From a virus: 64,000 nucleotides of DNA. Below, in pieces: positions 28,051 through 37,692 of the stretch. Below the pieces are notes generated by a model, which did not search any database, had not been told where the DNA came from, and worked only from the letters and a program-made list of their open reading frames with translations. Position numbers and translations under genes: made by a program. Location of the stretch: positions 7,471 to 71,470 of the IMG/VR virus record IMGVR_UViG_3300010397_000006; one strand, written 5' to 3'. Position 1 is the first letter of the stretch. The number at the start of each line of letters is the position of its first letter.

Positions 28051-28683
28051 TTACGGCAATGCGCTCGGATCGAAACGAGCGATGACGCCAAACCTTTGGG
28101 TCGTGGGCTTCGTGTCATCCGCGTAACTTCTCAGCTTAAGCCCCGAAATTGTCCAGGGTTCGCCTTGCTTGAAATCAATCGTCCAGGCGTCTACGAATTG
28201 GGCGCGGTGGAGATTGAAGTACAGGGCGTCGCCAGTGTCTTCGTCGTAAATCTTGGGGGCAAAAACGTGGTAGAAGCGGTTGTTGTTGATGCCGCCGATT
28301 CCAGCCTTCTCAAACCCGGAGCCAGTGGTCGGGGTCGAGATGTTGAGCAGGACAGCCAGAACGGTCGTCGGGAACAGCGAGAGAACGGTCAGGTTGAATT
28401 CCACGTAGTCCCGGCGTTGGATGGTCGCTTTCGTACCAACCGTATCGCAACGGACTTCGTTCATCGTCAACCCTTCGGTCAGAGATACGTCCTGCACACA
28501 ACCGATCTGACGAACTGGATAAGTTACGGAGCCGGAGAGACCCCAGTAGTACCCATCCGAGTCAGGATTTCGCAGGAGTGCGGCGGACGCATCTTGGACA
28601 AAAATATAAGGCGATCCTTCGAGATAAATTTCCTCTTGCGTGACAAGAGTACCCTGAGGAGTGCCAGTTACTAAGGCGGGCAT
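28051..28683 (-). CDS. major tail tube protein
   Basis: 210 aa, beta-rich, AAGGAGG SD, syntenic position. Confidence 0.75.
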   Translation of the reverse strand: MPALVTGTPQGTLVTQEEIYLEGSPYIFVQDASAALLRNPDSDGYYWGLSGSVTYPVRQIGCVQDVSLTEGLTMNEVRCDTVGTKATIQRRDYVEFNLTVLSLFPTTVLAVLLNISTPTTGSGFEKAGIGGINNNRFYHVFAPKIYDEDTGDALYFNLHRAQFVDAWTIDFKQGEPWTISGLKLRSYADDTKPTTQRFGVIARFDPSALP

Positions 28684-28694
28684 GTTGCCTCCTT

Positions 28695-28964
28695 TTAGAC
28701 TAAATCAAAAACTTTGTTCCCGTCCTCGTTGAGTGCGCCGCAACACGACTTACTCCCGATGCGCTTACTCAACAGGGGTGGAACGTCTTCTGAGAGAACC
28801 ATGACAATTGCGCCCGCGTCTTCCCACTCGTACCTTTGACCTGATGTAGTCCCGACGTACACCAGACGGGAGGGGTAAACTGAGCGAACTGCAACTTCTG
28901 TATTAATTTTACTAGTCGCTAAATGTTTATCAAGTGCAGAAATCGTGGTTTTTGAGTGTGCCAT
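28695..28964 (-). CDS. hypothetical virion-associated protein
   Basis: position in the tail operon. Confidence 0.5.
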   Translation of the reverse strand: MAHSKTTISALDKHLATSKINTEVAVRSVYPSRLVYVGTTSGQRYEWEDAGAIVMVLSEDVPPLLSKRIGSKSCCGALNEDGNKVFDLV

Positions 28965-29033
28965 TTTTACATTCCTCTAACGCAGATTTTATGTTGCAGA
29001 TGTATAATACGGTATATTTCGGAGCGAAGCCAA

Positions 29034-30086
29034 ATGGAAAACATAATAAAAAGAAGGTTCGGAAGACTTTTTGTTTTACGAAAAGTCGGCAGGATTGGCA
29101 TTAAGAACGGAAAATACGAGTGTATATGTGACTGTGGAAACCTTTGTTATCCTCATTACACAAGCCTGTTATCTGGAACAACTACAAGTTGCGGGTGTTT
29201 TGCAGTGGAGGTTACGAAGGATAGCTCGAAAATAAAAGAAAATGACTTTCCGTCTATTTTGACTGAATTCATTTTGTCTGGAAAAACCCTTGAAGAAATA
29301 GGGAGTATTCACGGGGTTACAAGAGAGAGAATTAGGCAAATACTTTGTATTTTTGGAAGTAAAGAAGCCAACTCTCTTAGGAAATCTGTGAAGAAATTCT
29401 CCGAAAGAGGAGAGATACTGGAAAAGAAAAATAAATCTAGAAAAGAAAAAAACAGACTTATTGCTGAATTCTGGAATAATGTTGACATCAGGGGAGCGAA
29501 AGATTGTTGGAACTATACCGGCAGTGTGGCTAACGGAGGGTACGGAACATGCTCTATAACTGTTAATGGAAAAAAGATAAGAGGTTCGCACAGGATGTCT
29601 TGGTATTTTTATAACGGAGAATTTCCTAAAAATTCTTGGGTTTTGCATAAATGCGATAATCCTTCGTGTTGTAATCCAGATCACTTGTATCTAGGAGACG
29701 CAAAGAAGAACGCAGAGGACAGAGAGGAAAGGGGTAGGGGAAACAAGTTTGCGCTTTCCCATCAGGAAAAACTTCTAATATCTTCATTGAAAGCAAATAA
29801 CCACAACGAAATTTGTGAACTCGCAAAACGATTCAATGTAAGTCCGGTTACCATATCAAGAAACATTAATGGTCAATACGAAGAACACGTTAGAAAAAAA
29901 AGGAATAAAAGACATAAAATTGATAACAGTATGCGCGAGTGCTTTTTGGTAGATTACCGAAACATGAAGCCTTCGCAATTAGCATCGAAGTACAATATTA
30001 CAGAAGGAACGATTTATACAACTCTAGACAGATTTGGTATATCTAGAAATAAATTTATGCACTTTGAACTAAGCACGAAAAGTTGA
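29034..30086 (+). CDS. HNH homing endonuclease with sigma70-r4-like HTH, inverted in the tail operon
   Basis: RFGRL...CICDCG...TSCGC; TLEEIG...VTRERIRQI; HRMSW...VLHKCDNPSCCNPDHL; AT-rich; TGTATAAT at 29001-29008. Confidence 0.85.
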   Translation: MENIIKRRFGRLFVLRKVGRIGIKNGKYECICDCGNLCYPHYTSLLSGTTTSCGCFAVEVTKDSSKIKENDFPSILTEFILSGKTLEEIGSIHGVTRERIRQILCIFGSKEANSLRKSVKKFSERGEILEKKNKSRKEKNRLIAEFWNNVDIRGAKDCWNYTGSVANGGYGTCSITVNGKKIRGSHRMSWYFYNGEFPKNSWVLHKCDNPSCCNPDHLYLGDAKKNAEDREERGRGNKFALSHQEKLLISSLKANNHNEICELAKRFNVSPVTISRNINGQYEEHVRKKRNKRHKIDNSMRECFLVDYRNMKPSQLASKYNITEGTIYTTLDRFGISRNKFMHFELSTKS

Positions 30087-30474
30087 CTTCTGCGACCCAA
30101 CTGTCCGTGTCCCACTCTGGCACATCTGCGGGCATGACGGACACCAGATTGATTGCTGTGAACTTGACCCCTCCCGCCGTGAATGGGTGTTGCCAGAACT
30201 CCGTTGCCACGATCCCTGCAATCTCGTCCGCCGTTTTCGAGGACTTTTGCTCCTCGTAGATACGGATGGTGACCTCGGACTTGAAGATGTTACAGGTGTT
30301 GTTGGGTAAAGTCGGTGTAAGGATGCCGAGTTTGACGCGGATGTTGGGGTAGTTGAAACCCGTTCCTTTCCACTTTTCCTCTCGGATTTCTTGGGCAGGG
30401 ACGCGGGCAGTAACGTTAGTGTTGGCTTTCAACTTGGAAACCCAAGCCGTTTGTATCATCGCATTGTTAATCAT
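30055..30474 (-). CDS. tail terminator-like protein
   Basis: size, position, YPNIRV pattern. Confidence 0.6.
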   Translation of the reverse strand: MINNAMIQTAWVSKLKANTNVTARVPAQEIREEKWKGTGFNYPNIRVKLGILTPTLPNNTCNIFKSEVTIRIYEEQKSSKTADEIAGIVATEFWQHPFTAGGVKFTAINLVSVMPADVPEWDTDSWVAEVNFSCLVQSA

Positions 30475-31019
30475 TTTCTTACAAAAGCCTTCCTTATCGT
30501 GCCGACATAAGCATCCCGCATTTCCTTCGTCAGTTCCCCCCGGATGCTTTTGCGGACTTCTGCGATGGCGGGGCGAAGGTAGCCTTTACCATCCCCCGCA
30601 GGCTTGACCCCCGGATGCTCGACAAAACGAAAGATAGCCTTCCCCGTAGTGGCTGACTTCTTGATAAGTTTCCGCCCCCCGTACCACGTCCCGTCGGGGT
30701 CGGCGGACAGTTTCTCCCAGGGGAAGGCGAGTACTTTAGCTTTCTTGGGGGTGATTAGAATCCTGCCGTCCGCCTGTTGCCACTTGGAACGCTTCTTGCT
30801 GGTGGCGTGGATACCGGAACCGTATTCATACGCTCTGGCGTCTCCTTTTTCAGAAACAGCATTTACATTGAAACCTATCGCTCCCCCTCTCGAATCTGGC
30901 GACGTTGCAGTAACCTCGATGTGCTTTGGTTTACCGGGGGCGGAGTTTGCCTTCTTTTGAATTTGTTGCGCCCATTCTTTTGCCTTGACGCGCAGTCTGT
31001 CTCTAAGTGTGTCAGCCAA
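30471..31019 (-). CDS. HK97 gp10-like neck/tail-completion protein
   Basis: YEYGSG, VEHPG, YLRPA motifs. Confidence 0.7.
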   Translation of the reverse strand: MADTLRDRLRVKAKEWAQQIQKKANSAPGKPKHIEVTATSPDSRGGAIGFNVNAVSEKGDARAYEYGSGIHATSKKRSKWQQADGRILITPKKAKVLAFPWEKLSADPDGTWYGGRKLIKKSATTGKAIFRFVEHPGVKPAGDGKGYLRPAIAEVRKSIRGELTKEMRDAYVGTIRKAFVRK

Positions 31020-31092
31020 ATACTAATCCGTTTCTAATCCAAAAAATATATATTAGTATATAATACGAAAATCAAACAACAGGAGATAAAAC

Positions 31093-31317
31093 ATGAAAAT
31101 AAATTGGAAATTCACAGAGCGTTGGGGATGGTCTGGAATTGACAAGGATGGAAACATATACAATCAAGGTCATCTTCGCGAAACAACATCTGCAATCCTT
31201 CCAGATGGTCGAGAAGGCGGCGACTGGGAACCAAAAGGCGCGCTTGAGAGTGCCAAGAGACAACAGAAACCAACGGCTGATTACGAACTCTGGAAGAAAA
31301 GACTTCTCCCTGAATAA
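31093..31317 (+). CDS. small hypothetical gene inserted in inverse orientation
   Basis: AGGAG SD and upstream TATAAT-like elements. Confidence 0.55.
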   Translation: MKINWKFTERWGWSGIDKDGNIYNQGHLRETTSAILPDGREGGDWEPKGALESAKRQQKPTADYELWKKRLLPE

Positions 31318-31318
31318 T

Positions 31319-31702
31319 TTATTGCAAATTATTGTCATGACTAGCACCCCATCGCTTTAACGTGATACGGATTTGGTTTTCGTCCAGCCAGGGGCTTGCA
31401 GACGCGCGTTGGATACCTATCACTCTGAATTTCTTGCCTGAATACCATCCATAGTCAGGCTTGGTGATTTCGATCTGGTCGTTCTCCTCGATATTTATAT
31501 TGCCCGGAAAGAGTAGTGCGCTCCAAATTTGTTGTGTGTCTACACCTTGCTCTAATAAAGCCATTGTCGCCTTTTCAGCTTTGATACGAATGACAAGGTT
31601 TTCATAGGCAACTGTCCCACTTGGTACACTGCCCCCAACAGAGTCGTCTTGCGGATACGAAAAACGGATAAGTCTACAGATGCGAACGTGTCCGGCAGGC
31701 AA
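31319..31702 (-). CDS. head closure (stopper)-like protein
   Basis: position; DDSVGG, IEENDQI, FRVIGI. Confidence 0.6.
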   Translation of the reverse strand: MPAGHVRICRLIRFSYPQDDSVGGSVPSGTVAYENLVIRIKAEKATMALLEQGVDTQQIWSALLFPGNINIEENDQIEITKPDYGWYSGKKFRVIGIQRASASPWLDENQIRITLKRWGASHDNNLQ

Positions 31703-31704
31703 TG

Positions 31705-32376
31705 TTACCTCAGCAAGAGAGAGGGAATTGCTCTCTTTATAGTGGACTCCAAAAGTTGGGCAATTTTCTGCGCCTTTGCAGAGTTTCCGAAAGAGGTTCT
31801 TTTCAGGTCGGTACGATATTCCCGATAGTCAAGCGAGATGAATTCCTTCACCCCCACGTCGCCCGTAGCCTCGTTTTGGGACGGGAAAATCATTTCGTTT
31901 AGGGAGATGGTTGCCGCCATCGTGAGCGCGAGGAGAACAGAGGGCTGGCTGGCTACACCTGTTGGCAAACCCGCCTGATAAGCAACCTCAATCCGGTAGG
32001 GAACTTTCCAGTTACAGTTGCAGTAATTGAACAGACATCCGACATCCAGATACCCAAAGGTATCGTCCCAGATAAACACGCACCCCGAATTTCTTTGCAG
32101 GTCACAGTGAACACCTACAAGGTCTTTTGAGATAATGTTGACCGCGTACACCTGTTCGACGTAACCGTAGTCAGTGACAATGCGGGGAGTGTAGGGGTAC
32201 GTCCCGGTCACGATGGTCGGGAGCAGGAATGTATGCAGGAACGAGGTTGCCTGCTGTTCAGCAATCAGGTAGGCGGCGGAGCGTTGGGCGGCATTGAAGG
32301 AGCCGGTTGTCCCGCCGTATTGAATGAAGATATTGTCATTTAAGATGATAGGCGAATTATACGGATAGACGTTCAT
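31705..32376 (-). CDS. head-tail adaptor-like protein
   Basis: IEVAYQAGL motif; position. Confidence 0.65.
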   Translation of the reverse strand: MNVYPYNSPIILNDNIFIQYGGTTGSFNAAQRSAAYLIAEQQATSFLHTFLLPTIVTGTYPYTPRIVTDYGYVEQVYAVNIISKDLVGVHCDLQRNSGCVFIWDDTFGYLDVGCLFNYCNCNWKVPYRIEVAYQAGLPTGVASQPSVLLALTMAATISLNEMIFPSQNEATGDVGVKEFISLDYREYRTDLKRTSFGNSAKAQKIAQLLESTIKRAIPSLLLR

Positions 32377-32417
32377 AGGTTAATTTTACTGTCTGCGGGG
32401 GTTATGTCCAATCAAGG

Positions 32418-33245
32418 TTACCAGAAATCTGCCTCCCCCTTCCAGTCACTAGGGTTGGGACTGCCCCACGACATGAGGGGAGAGTTTAGCCATCGACTCT
32501 TGAATGTCATGGAGTTGAACTGCAAAGGAAAGGCGACTTGCTTCTTCTCTGCTGTCGCACCCGTATAATGAGAGCCGCGCGCCTCGGCGTTCATAATAAT
32601 CTTCAATCCAGAGGAACGCACCTTGAGGCAGTAATCCGCGTCCTCATACGTCCCCATCCCGTAGGCTACCTCGAAGCCCCCCAGTCTGTTGAACACCTGT
32701 CTCTTAGTCATCAGGCAAGCCCCCGTTACACCCCAGACCTCCCTTGTGACGCAGGTTTTCGGGTTATCGGGAGACCAGCCGACCAGAGGATGAATAACCT
32801 CGCCCCGAATATTCAAGGCAAGCCCTACATGCTGGACTTTGCCCGCCGGACGGTTGGGGTGGGTAGACGTGGTGGGGAATGTCAGTTTTGCGCCGACGAT
32901 GCCGACTTGGGGGTTTTTCAGGGTCTCGACCATCTTGTCGATTGCCCCCTCCTGTAGGATGCAGTCGTCGTTCAGGAACAGGATGTAGGGAGCAGAACCC
33001 ATGCGCGCACCTTCGTTGTTGGCGGCGGCGTAACCGAGGGGCTTCTGTAACCGCTTGGTTTGTAGACCCTCAAAGAGTTCGGCGTTGGAGATACGCTCCT
33101 CGGCGTCCGAGGCGTTGTCAATCAGGAATACGTTCACGTTGTCGGGCAGGGCATCTAGGCACTCTCTCAGGAAATCCCAACGCCCGCCAGTGACGATTAC
33201 TACGTCCACTTGGGGAGAAACACCGTGTTTTCTTTGTCTACTCAC
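32418..33245 (-). CDS. glycosyltransferase family 2
   Basis: VVIV, IDNAS, GYAAANNEG, FLNDD, VTGACL, YEDADYC. Confidence 0.9.
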   Translation of the reverse strand: MSRQRKHGVSPQVDVVIVTGGRWDFLRECLDALPDNVNVFLIDNASDAEERISNAELFEGLQTKRLQKPLGYAAANNEGARMGSAPYILFLNDDCILQEGAIDKMVETLKNPQVGIVGAKLTFPTTSTHPNRPAGKVQHVGLALNIRGEVIHPLVGWSPDNPKTCVTREVWGVTGACLMTKRQVFNRLGGFEVAYGMGTYEDADYCLKVRSSGLKIIMNAEARGSHYTGATAEKKQVAFPLQFNSMTFKSRWLNSPLMSWGSPNPSDWKGEADFW

Positions 33246-33694
33246 CAGTCCATCTCCTCGACCGTGTTTACAAGGATTTCGTAAAGTTGGTCTGAAATAT
33301 TGAAGCGTTCCTTGTTTATCTTCAAAGATTCAACAATGCTCCCGTCGGAGTGACGCAGGCTTGCCGCCTTCCAGTCTGCGACCATCTCAAGCAAATCCAG
33401 CAGGGACATTCCGTTGATTCCGTTGTCCCAGTATTCGGGGTGGTGAGAGTTGTTTTCGTAGTGGTGTTTGAGAGCAACTCCCATCTGCTTCAAGGTTTCT
33501 TTGTATTCGTCGCTCCCGTAAGTGAGTTCACGAAGTTTCGGGGTGAACTCGTCGTACATAGACTTTTCAGGTTCTTCCAGTTTGCTTTTGTCATGATTTT
33601 GAGCGCGACCGGAAAGGTTCCCCATCGCTTCAAGGATTAGGGATACAACTTTTCCTATATGGGCTAAGGTGTCACCTGTGCTATCGTAAGTCAT
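33242..33694 (-). CDS. HD-like protein (DUF5662-like)
   Basis: HDKSK, HHYENNSHHPE, EMVADW. Confidence 0.7.
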   Translation of the reverse strand: MTYDSTGDTLAHIGKVVSLILEAMGNLSGRAQNHDKSKLEEPEKSMYDEFTPKLRELTYGSDEYKETLKQMGVALKHHYENNSHHPEYWDNGINGMSLLDLLEMVADWKAASLRHSDGSIVESLKINKERFNISDQLYEILVNTVEEMDW

Positions 33695-34002
33695 TTCGCC
33701 TCCCGAATCCCGCAAGCCATCTCGAACAGTTGAATATAATAATCATCCCAATTTTCAGAAGGAAGTTCGTCATCTCGACAAACCTTGTCTCTCAGGTAAT
33801 TCCTTATTCCAGTCCCCCATCCATGATGATATGTAGCCCACCATGTCTTAGGGTCTTTCGAGTGGAAACCTTTGGTTGTTTCGATGATTTCATCTGTCAA
33901 GATGTTTTTTAATTCTTCGATGGACTTCTTAACAATCCATTCTGGACAATCTCTTATAAAGTCATCCAGAACTTTAGAAATATCTTCTTCGTAATCAGGC
34001 AC
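33691..34002 (-). CDS. hypothetical protein
   Basis: HHGWGTGIRNYLR motif; overlaps neighbours. Confidence 0.6.
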   Translation of the reverse strand: MPDYEEDISKVLDDFIRDCPEWIVKKSIEELKNILTDEIIETTKGFHSKDPKTWWATYHHGWGTGIRNYLRDKVCRDDELPSENWDDYYIQLFEMACGIREAK

Positions 34003-35131
34003 TTTTCACCTCTGTTATTTCACGGATTTTTTCATCTAACTGCTTCGCGGGGACATCCCAAGTTTTACTCTCGATGAAAGCGCGCGCTTTCTGGGATGCA
34101 AGATTCCAAATGGGAGTTCCTGCCATCGTTTCAATGACATTTGCCCCTTCTGTGATTCCGAACATATCGCGCCTTTCATTGCCCCAGACATCGCAAAAAG
34201 AATAATCGGGAGCAATCAGAAAGCCCCGCCCCTCCGCCAGCAGTTCACTGATTGCCCCCGTATCCGTCGCAACCACAGGAAGCCCGCTTGCCATCGCTTC
34301 CATGATGGGAAGCCCCAAGCCCTCCGCCTTTGAAGTCAGCAAGAAGCAGTCTGACATGGCATACAGACTCCAAAGATTCTCTTTTGGCATCCCCCGGTTC
34401 ATCGTCATGACTTCCTGATTGATCCCCAACTTCAAGGCTAAATCCCGTATCTTCCACCCGAAAGGTGAGTCCACGCGCGTAACAAGTATGTGCCTGACCT
34501 TCCGTCCCCTCTTTTTCAGTTCGCTTGTGACCGAGAGTGCCGCCCACAGGTTCTTCCTTTCTTGGTTGTCTGCCACCGTCAGGATGACAAACTCGTCCTC
34601 CTCAATCCCCATCCCCTTCCGCAGTCCAACCTTTTCTTCCGCTGTCGGGACGTGCCAGAACTCCGAGTCGATGCCAACTTGCAAGTGGTCTACTTTCTTC
34701 AAACCAGCTTCAAGTCCCGCCTGCTTGCCAAGTTCCGAGATGAAGAACGTCCACGAAAAGTTGAACATCTGCGCCGTCCAAGACATCGTGAGAGGAGGAT
34801 TTTCCAGAGGAGTGATGGCGATGTAGGGTTTCTTGTACTGGGCGAACTTCTCGAAGAACATGATTTGCATGGGAATATCCAGAGCGACGATGATGACATC
34901 TGGGTTCGTATGAGGCATGACGCACAGGTTGTGGACGAGGGCGTGGGCGTCGTTGGTATCCTTGCAGGGGATGATGGAGAAAGGGTAATTGTGTTCCTGC
35001 CCCAAGTAGGAGAGTCCGACGATGCGGACTTCGTGACCCATGCGGGCGAGTTCTGTGAACAGGGGGACAGAGATGTAGTAGTAGCCGGAGCCAGAGAAAT
35101 CGCAGTCTGTTACAACGAGAATTTTAGCCAT
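33995..35131 (-). CDS. glycosyltransferase family 4 (GT-B)
   Basis: NQERKN, EGLGLPIMEAMASGLPVV. Confidence 0.92.
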   Translation of the reverse strand: MAKILVVTDCDFSGSGYYYISVPLFTELARMGHEVRIVGLSYLGQEHNYPFSIIPCKDTNDAHALVHNLCVMPHTNPDVIIVALDIPMQIMFFEKFAQYKKPYIAITPLENPPLTMSWTAQMFNFSWTFFISELGKQAGLEAGLKKVDHLQVGIDSEFWHVPTAEEKVGLRKGMGIEEDEFVILTVADNQERKNLWAALSVTSELKKRGRKVRHILVTRVDSPFGWKIRDLALKLGINQEVMTMNRGMPKENLWSLYAMSDCFLLTSKAEGLGLPIMEAMASGLPVVATDTGAISELLAEGRGFLIAPDYSFCDVWGNERRDMFGITEGANVIETMAGTPIWNLASQKARAFIESKTWDVPAKQLDEKIREITEVKSA

Positions 35132-36167
35132 TCAACACCTTGCTTTCCCATTCGTCCAAGATTCTGTCGAGTGAGAATCTTTCCTTCGCTTTTTCCTGCA
35201 TCTCAATCTGCCTATCCTTCAAGTAAGGGTCATTCAAAGTTCCGATGGCGGCTTTCACGAAGTTCTCTATAAAGTCCGGCTCGTATGCCGACCCCTTGAT
35301 TCGTATTCCAAACTCATTTGTCGTTTCTATTGCGCCTGCCTGTGAAGTGATAGGTATTGCCCCTGCTACCTGTGCCTCTGCTACTGCAATACAAAAAAGC
35401 TCAGGATATACCGAAGGGTACAACATCACGTCTGCCTGCAACTGCTGACCAATCAACTTATCGCGCTTAATAGCCCCCATATAGTTCACGTTCGGCAGTC
35501 CAGCGAACGGAAGTCTATAGGGGTCGAGGCAGGACTTCTCGATGTTGGCGTCCCACAATCGCCAGTCGGACGTGAGGACAAGGGAGGCGTCGGGGACATC
35601 CCGAACGATTTGCGCCCATGCCGCATGGAGTTGAAGCGCGCCCCGGTCGGGGATGGAGGTGTAGATGCAGCGCTTGGAAACTTTTTCGACGTGTCCTTCG
35701 TAGTCGTCCACGCGGACGGGGAGGTCGATAGGGATGGTTTCCTCGATGCCGTACATATCCTTGAAGTACTTGGAGTGGAAGGGGGAGATGGTAACGATTT
35801 TCTCCACGAACTTTGCGAAGATGCGGAAGTCGCCAACGGTGTGCTGGTCACAAGAGAGCCAAATCCTCTTGCCCTTCGCCCCGTACATGCGCTCGTTAGG
35901 AGACCGAAACACCACAAGGTAATCCCGATTTTCCAGCGGGTCGAACTCGCTCAAGCCCTTCTGCTTGAAGGGGCTGGCGTCGGCTTCGGAGGGGTCGTTG
36001 TAGAGGGTTACATCGTACCCCCGCTTCTCGAAGCCTTCGCAGAGCGTCAGGAGGGCGAGTTCTGCCCCGCCGACACCGAGGCGACCATCGTGACCGAAGA
36101 TACTTTTGTAAGTCACATTTAAGGGGCTTCCATCATTAACTAACCAGTGCATCACTTTCTTTTTCAT
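35124..36167 (-). CDS. glycosyltransferase family 4 (GT-B)
   Basis: GVGGAE, YTSIPDRG, ELFCIAVAEAQVAG. Confidence 0.88.
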   Translation of the reverse strand: MKKKVMHWLVNDGSPLNVTYKSIFGHDGRLGVGGAELALLTLCEGFEKRGYDVTLYNDPSEADASPFKQKGLSEFDPLENRDYLVVFRSPNERMYGAKGKRIWLSCDQHTVGDFRIFAKFVEKIVTISPFHSKYFKDMYGIEETIPIDLPVRVDDYEGHVEKVSKRCIYTSIPDRGALQLHAAWAQIVRDVPDASLVLTSDWRLWDANIEKSCLDPYRLPFAGLPNVNYMGAIKRDKLIGQQLQADVMLYPSVYPELFCIAVAEAQVAGAIPITSQAGAIETTNEFGIRIKGSAYEPDFIENFVKAAIGTLNDPYLKDRQIEMQEKAKERFSLDRILDEWESKVLNG

Positions 36168-37081
36168 TATGCCTCGTAGTCCGCTGTAATAGCGTAGAAG
36201 TAGTCTTGCCATTCTGTTCTATCTTCAACTTCGATATGATGTGATGGGCAAAGACTAATTAGATTGTATGGTTGACAGTTATTTTTATCCCTGTTGATAT
36301 GATGAACATGAAGTTTTTCGTCTTGTCCAATATCGTTGTAGTTACAGTTCGGATACTGACAATTTCTGTTATCCCTGTTTCTTATTTGTTCCTTCAATGT
36401 TTTGTTGAACTCTTTGGGATACTTTGAGCGAATTCCACCCCGCCAACGAGGATTCTTTTCGCCAGTGAGTTTATTACAATCTGGACAGCCGTGACCATTT
36501 GAAATATTTACCCAATTCATTTTGAATGTTCTGTTGCAGTTCAAGCACTTCCAATCTAGTTTCTGGTAGCAATTTACATACTGCGTTGAGATAAGTTGAA
36601 TTGGGATGTTGGAAATTCTGCGACTAATTTCCTCTGGTGTTAATTGCTCTTTGCGAGAACACCTAGAACAACCATGTCTTGAAAGTTCCTTCATAGTTGA
36701 AAGAAATTCGCGTCCGCATTTTTCGCAACGAAACGCTAGTTCGCTGTTTATGTTTACGTAACTTCCTGAAATATAAGAAAATCCTTTCTTTTCTATTATG
36801 TATAAATATCTCTGAAAGTTGTATTCTATTTTGTTAGGAGGGGATATTCTTCGCCGTCTCGACTTGACGTTTTCGTTATTGCAAAATTTGCATCCCTTTA
36901 TTTTTGATAAGTTATGCCAACTACACCAGAATAATTCGTTGTGAGTTAAGCATTTCCATAACAGATTTTCATGCGCGCTTATATATTCTCTTGAAACAAG
37001 AATATAATGCTTGTCTTTTGTTAGTTCATCTATTTCTTCAATAGAGTATTTCTTTCTTCTGACAAAAATAGCGTTTAGCAC
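36167..37081 (-). CDS. Zn-ribbon-repeat HNH endonuclease
   Basis: repeated C-x2-C...GCxxC units; IRNRD..CQ, LHVHHI, NLISLCPSHH; AT-rich. Confidence 0.8.
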   Translation of the reverse strand: MLNAIFVRRKKYSIEEIDELTKDKHYILVSREYISAHENLLWKCLTHNELFWCSWHNLSKIKGCKFCNNENVKSRRRRISPPNKIEYNFQRYLYIIEKKGFSYISGSYVNINSELAFRCEKCGREFLSTMKELSRHGCSRCSRKEQLTPEEISRRISNIPIQLISTQYVNCYQKLDWKCLNCNRTFKMNWVNISNGHGCPDCNKLTGEKNPRWRGGIRSKYPKEFNKTLKEQIRNRDNRNCQYPNCNYNDIGQDEKLHVHHINRDKNNCQPYNLISLCPSHHIEVEDRTEWQDYFYAITADYEA

Positions 37082-37083
37082 AA

Positions 37084-37692
37084 TTACCTCTTTTTTTCGG
37101 CAAAAAACCAGTATTCATGAGGCGTAACAACTTCGGGCGTGTTTGGGTTACGAGGTAATGAATCAACTTCGTTCCATACTACATTCCATCCGGCATTGTC
37201 AAATAGATTCAACCATTGGTCGGGATACAATATGTAATAGTGATTGGGCGAGCCTCTAGTGCCGTACCATTCGGGGGTAGGCACAACGACACCGAGCCAC
37301 TGTTTCGAGACTCGATACCATTCCATCAGAGTCAGCAGGGGGAAGGGACTGTGTTCGAGCGAATGTCTGCTGAACAAAAGGTCGTAGCTTTCATCCTCGT
37401 ATTCCAAGAACGACAAGTCCATCTTCTTTACATTCCTGCCCGTGTCTTTGGCGAACAGGTAGTCGTCGCCAAGCGTGATACCTTCATACTTGACGCCCCA
37501 CTCCTCGAAGAAGCCCTGAGCGAATCCTTCCCCACATCCGAGGTCAAGGCAGGAATGGCATCCTGTCAGGCGGGACATCCAGTGGCAGATGACCTTGTAC
37601 GTGAGGGCGGAGTGTCCGGGGTCTTCGGGCTGACGATAGATACTGCCCGCCAGTTTGGTTAGATACCTGTCGTGGTTAGTCCAGTCGCGCAT
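37084..37692 (-). CDS. class I SAM-dependent methyltransferase
   Basis: LDLGCGEG, SRHSLEH. Confidence 0.85.
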   Translation of the reverse strand: MRDWTNHDRYLTKLAGSIYRQPEDPGHSALTYKVICHWMSRLTGCHSCLDLGCGEGFAQGFFEEWGVKYEGITLGDDYLFAKDTGRNVKKMDLSFLEYEDESYDLLFSRHSLEHSPFPLLTLMEWYRVSKQWLGVVVPTPEWYGTRGSPNHYYILYPDQWLNLFDNAGWNVVWNEVDSLPRNPNTPEVVTPHEYWFFAEKKR

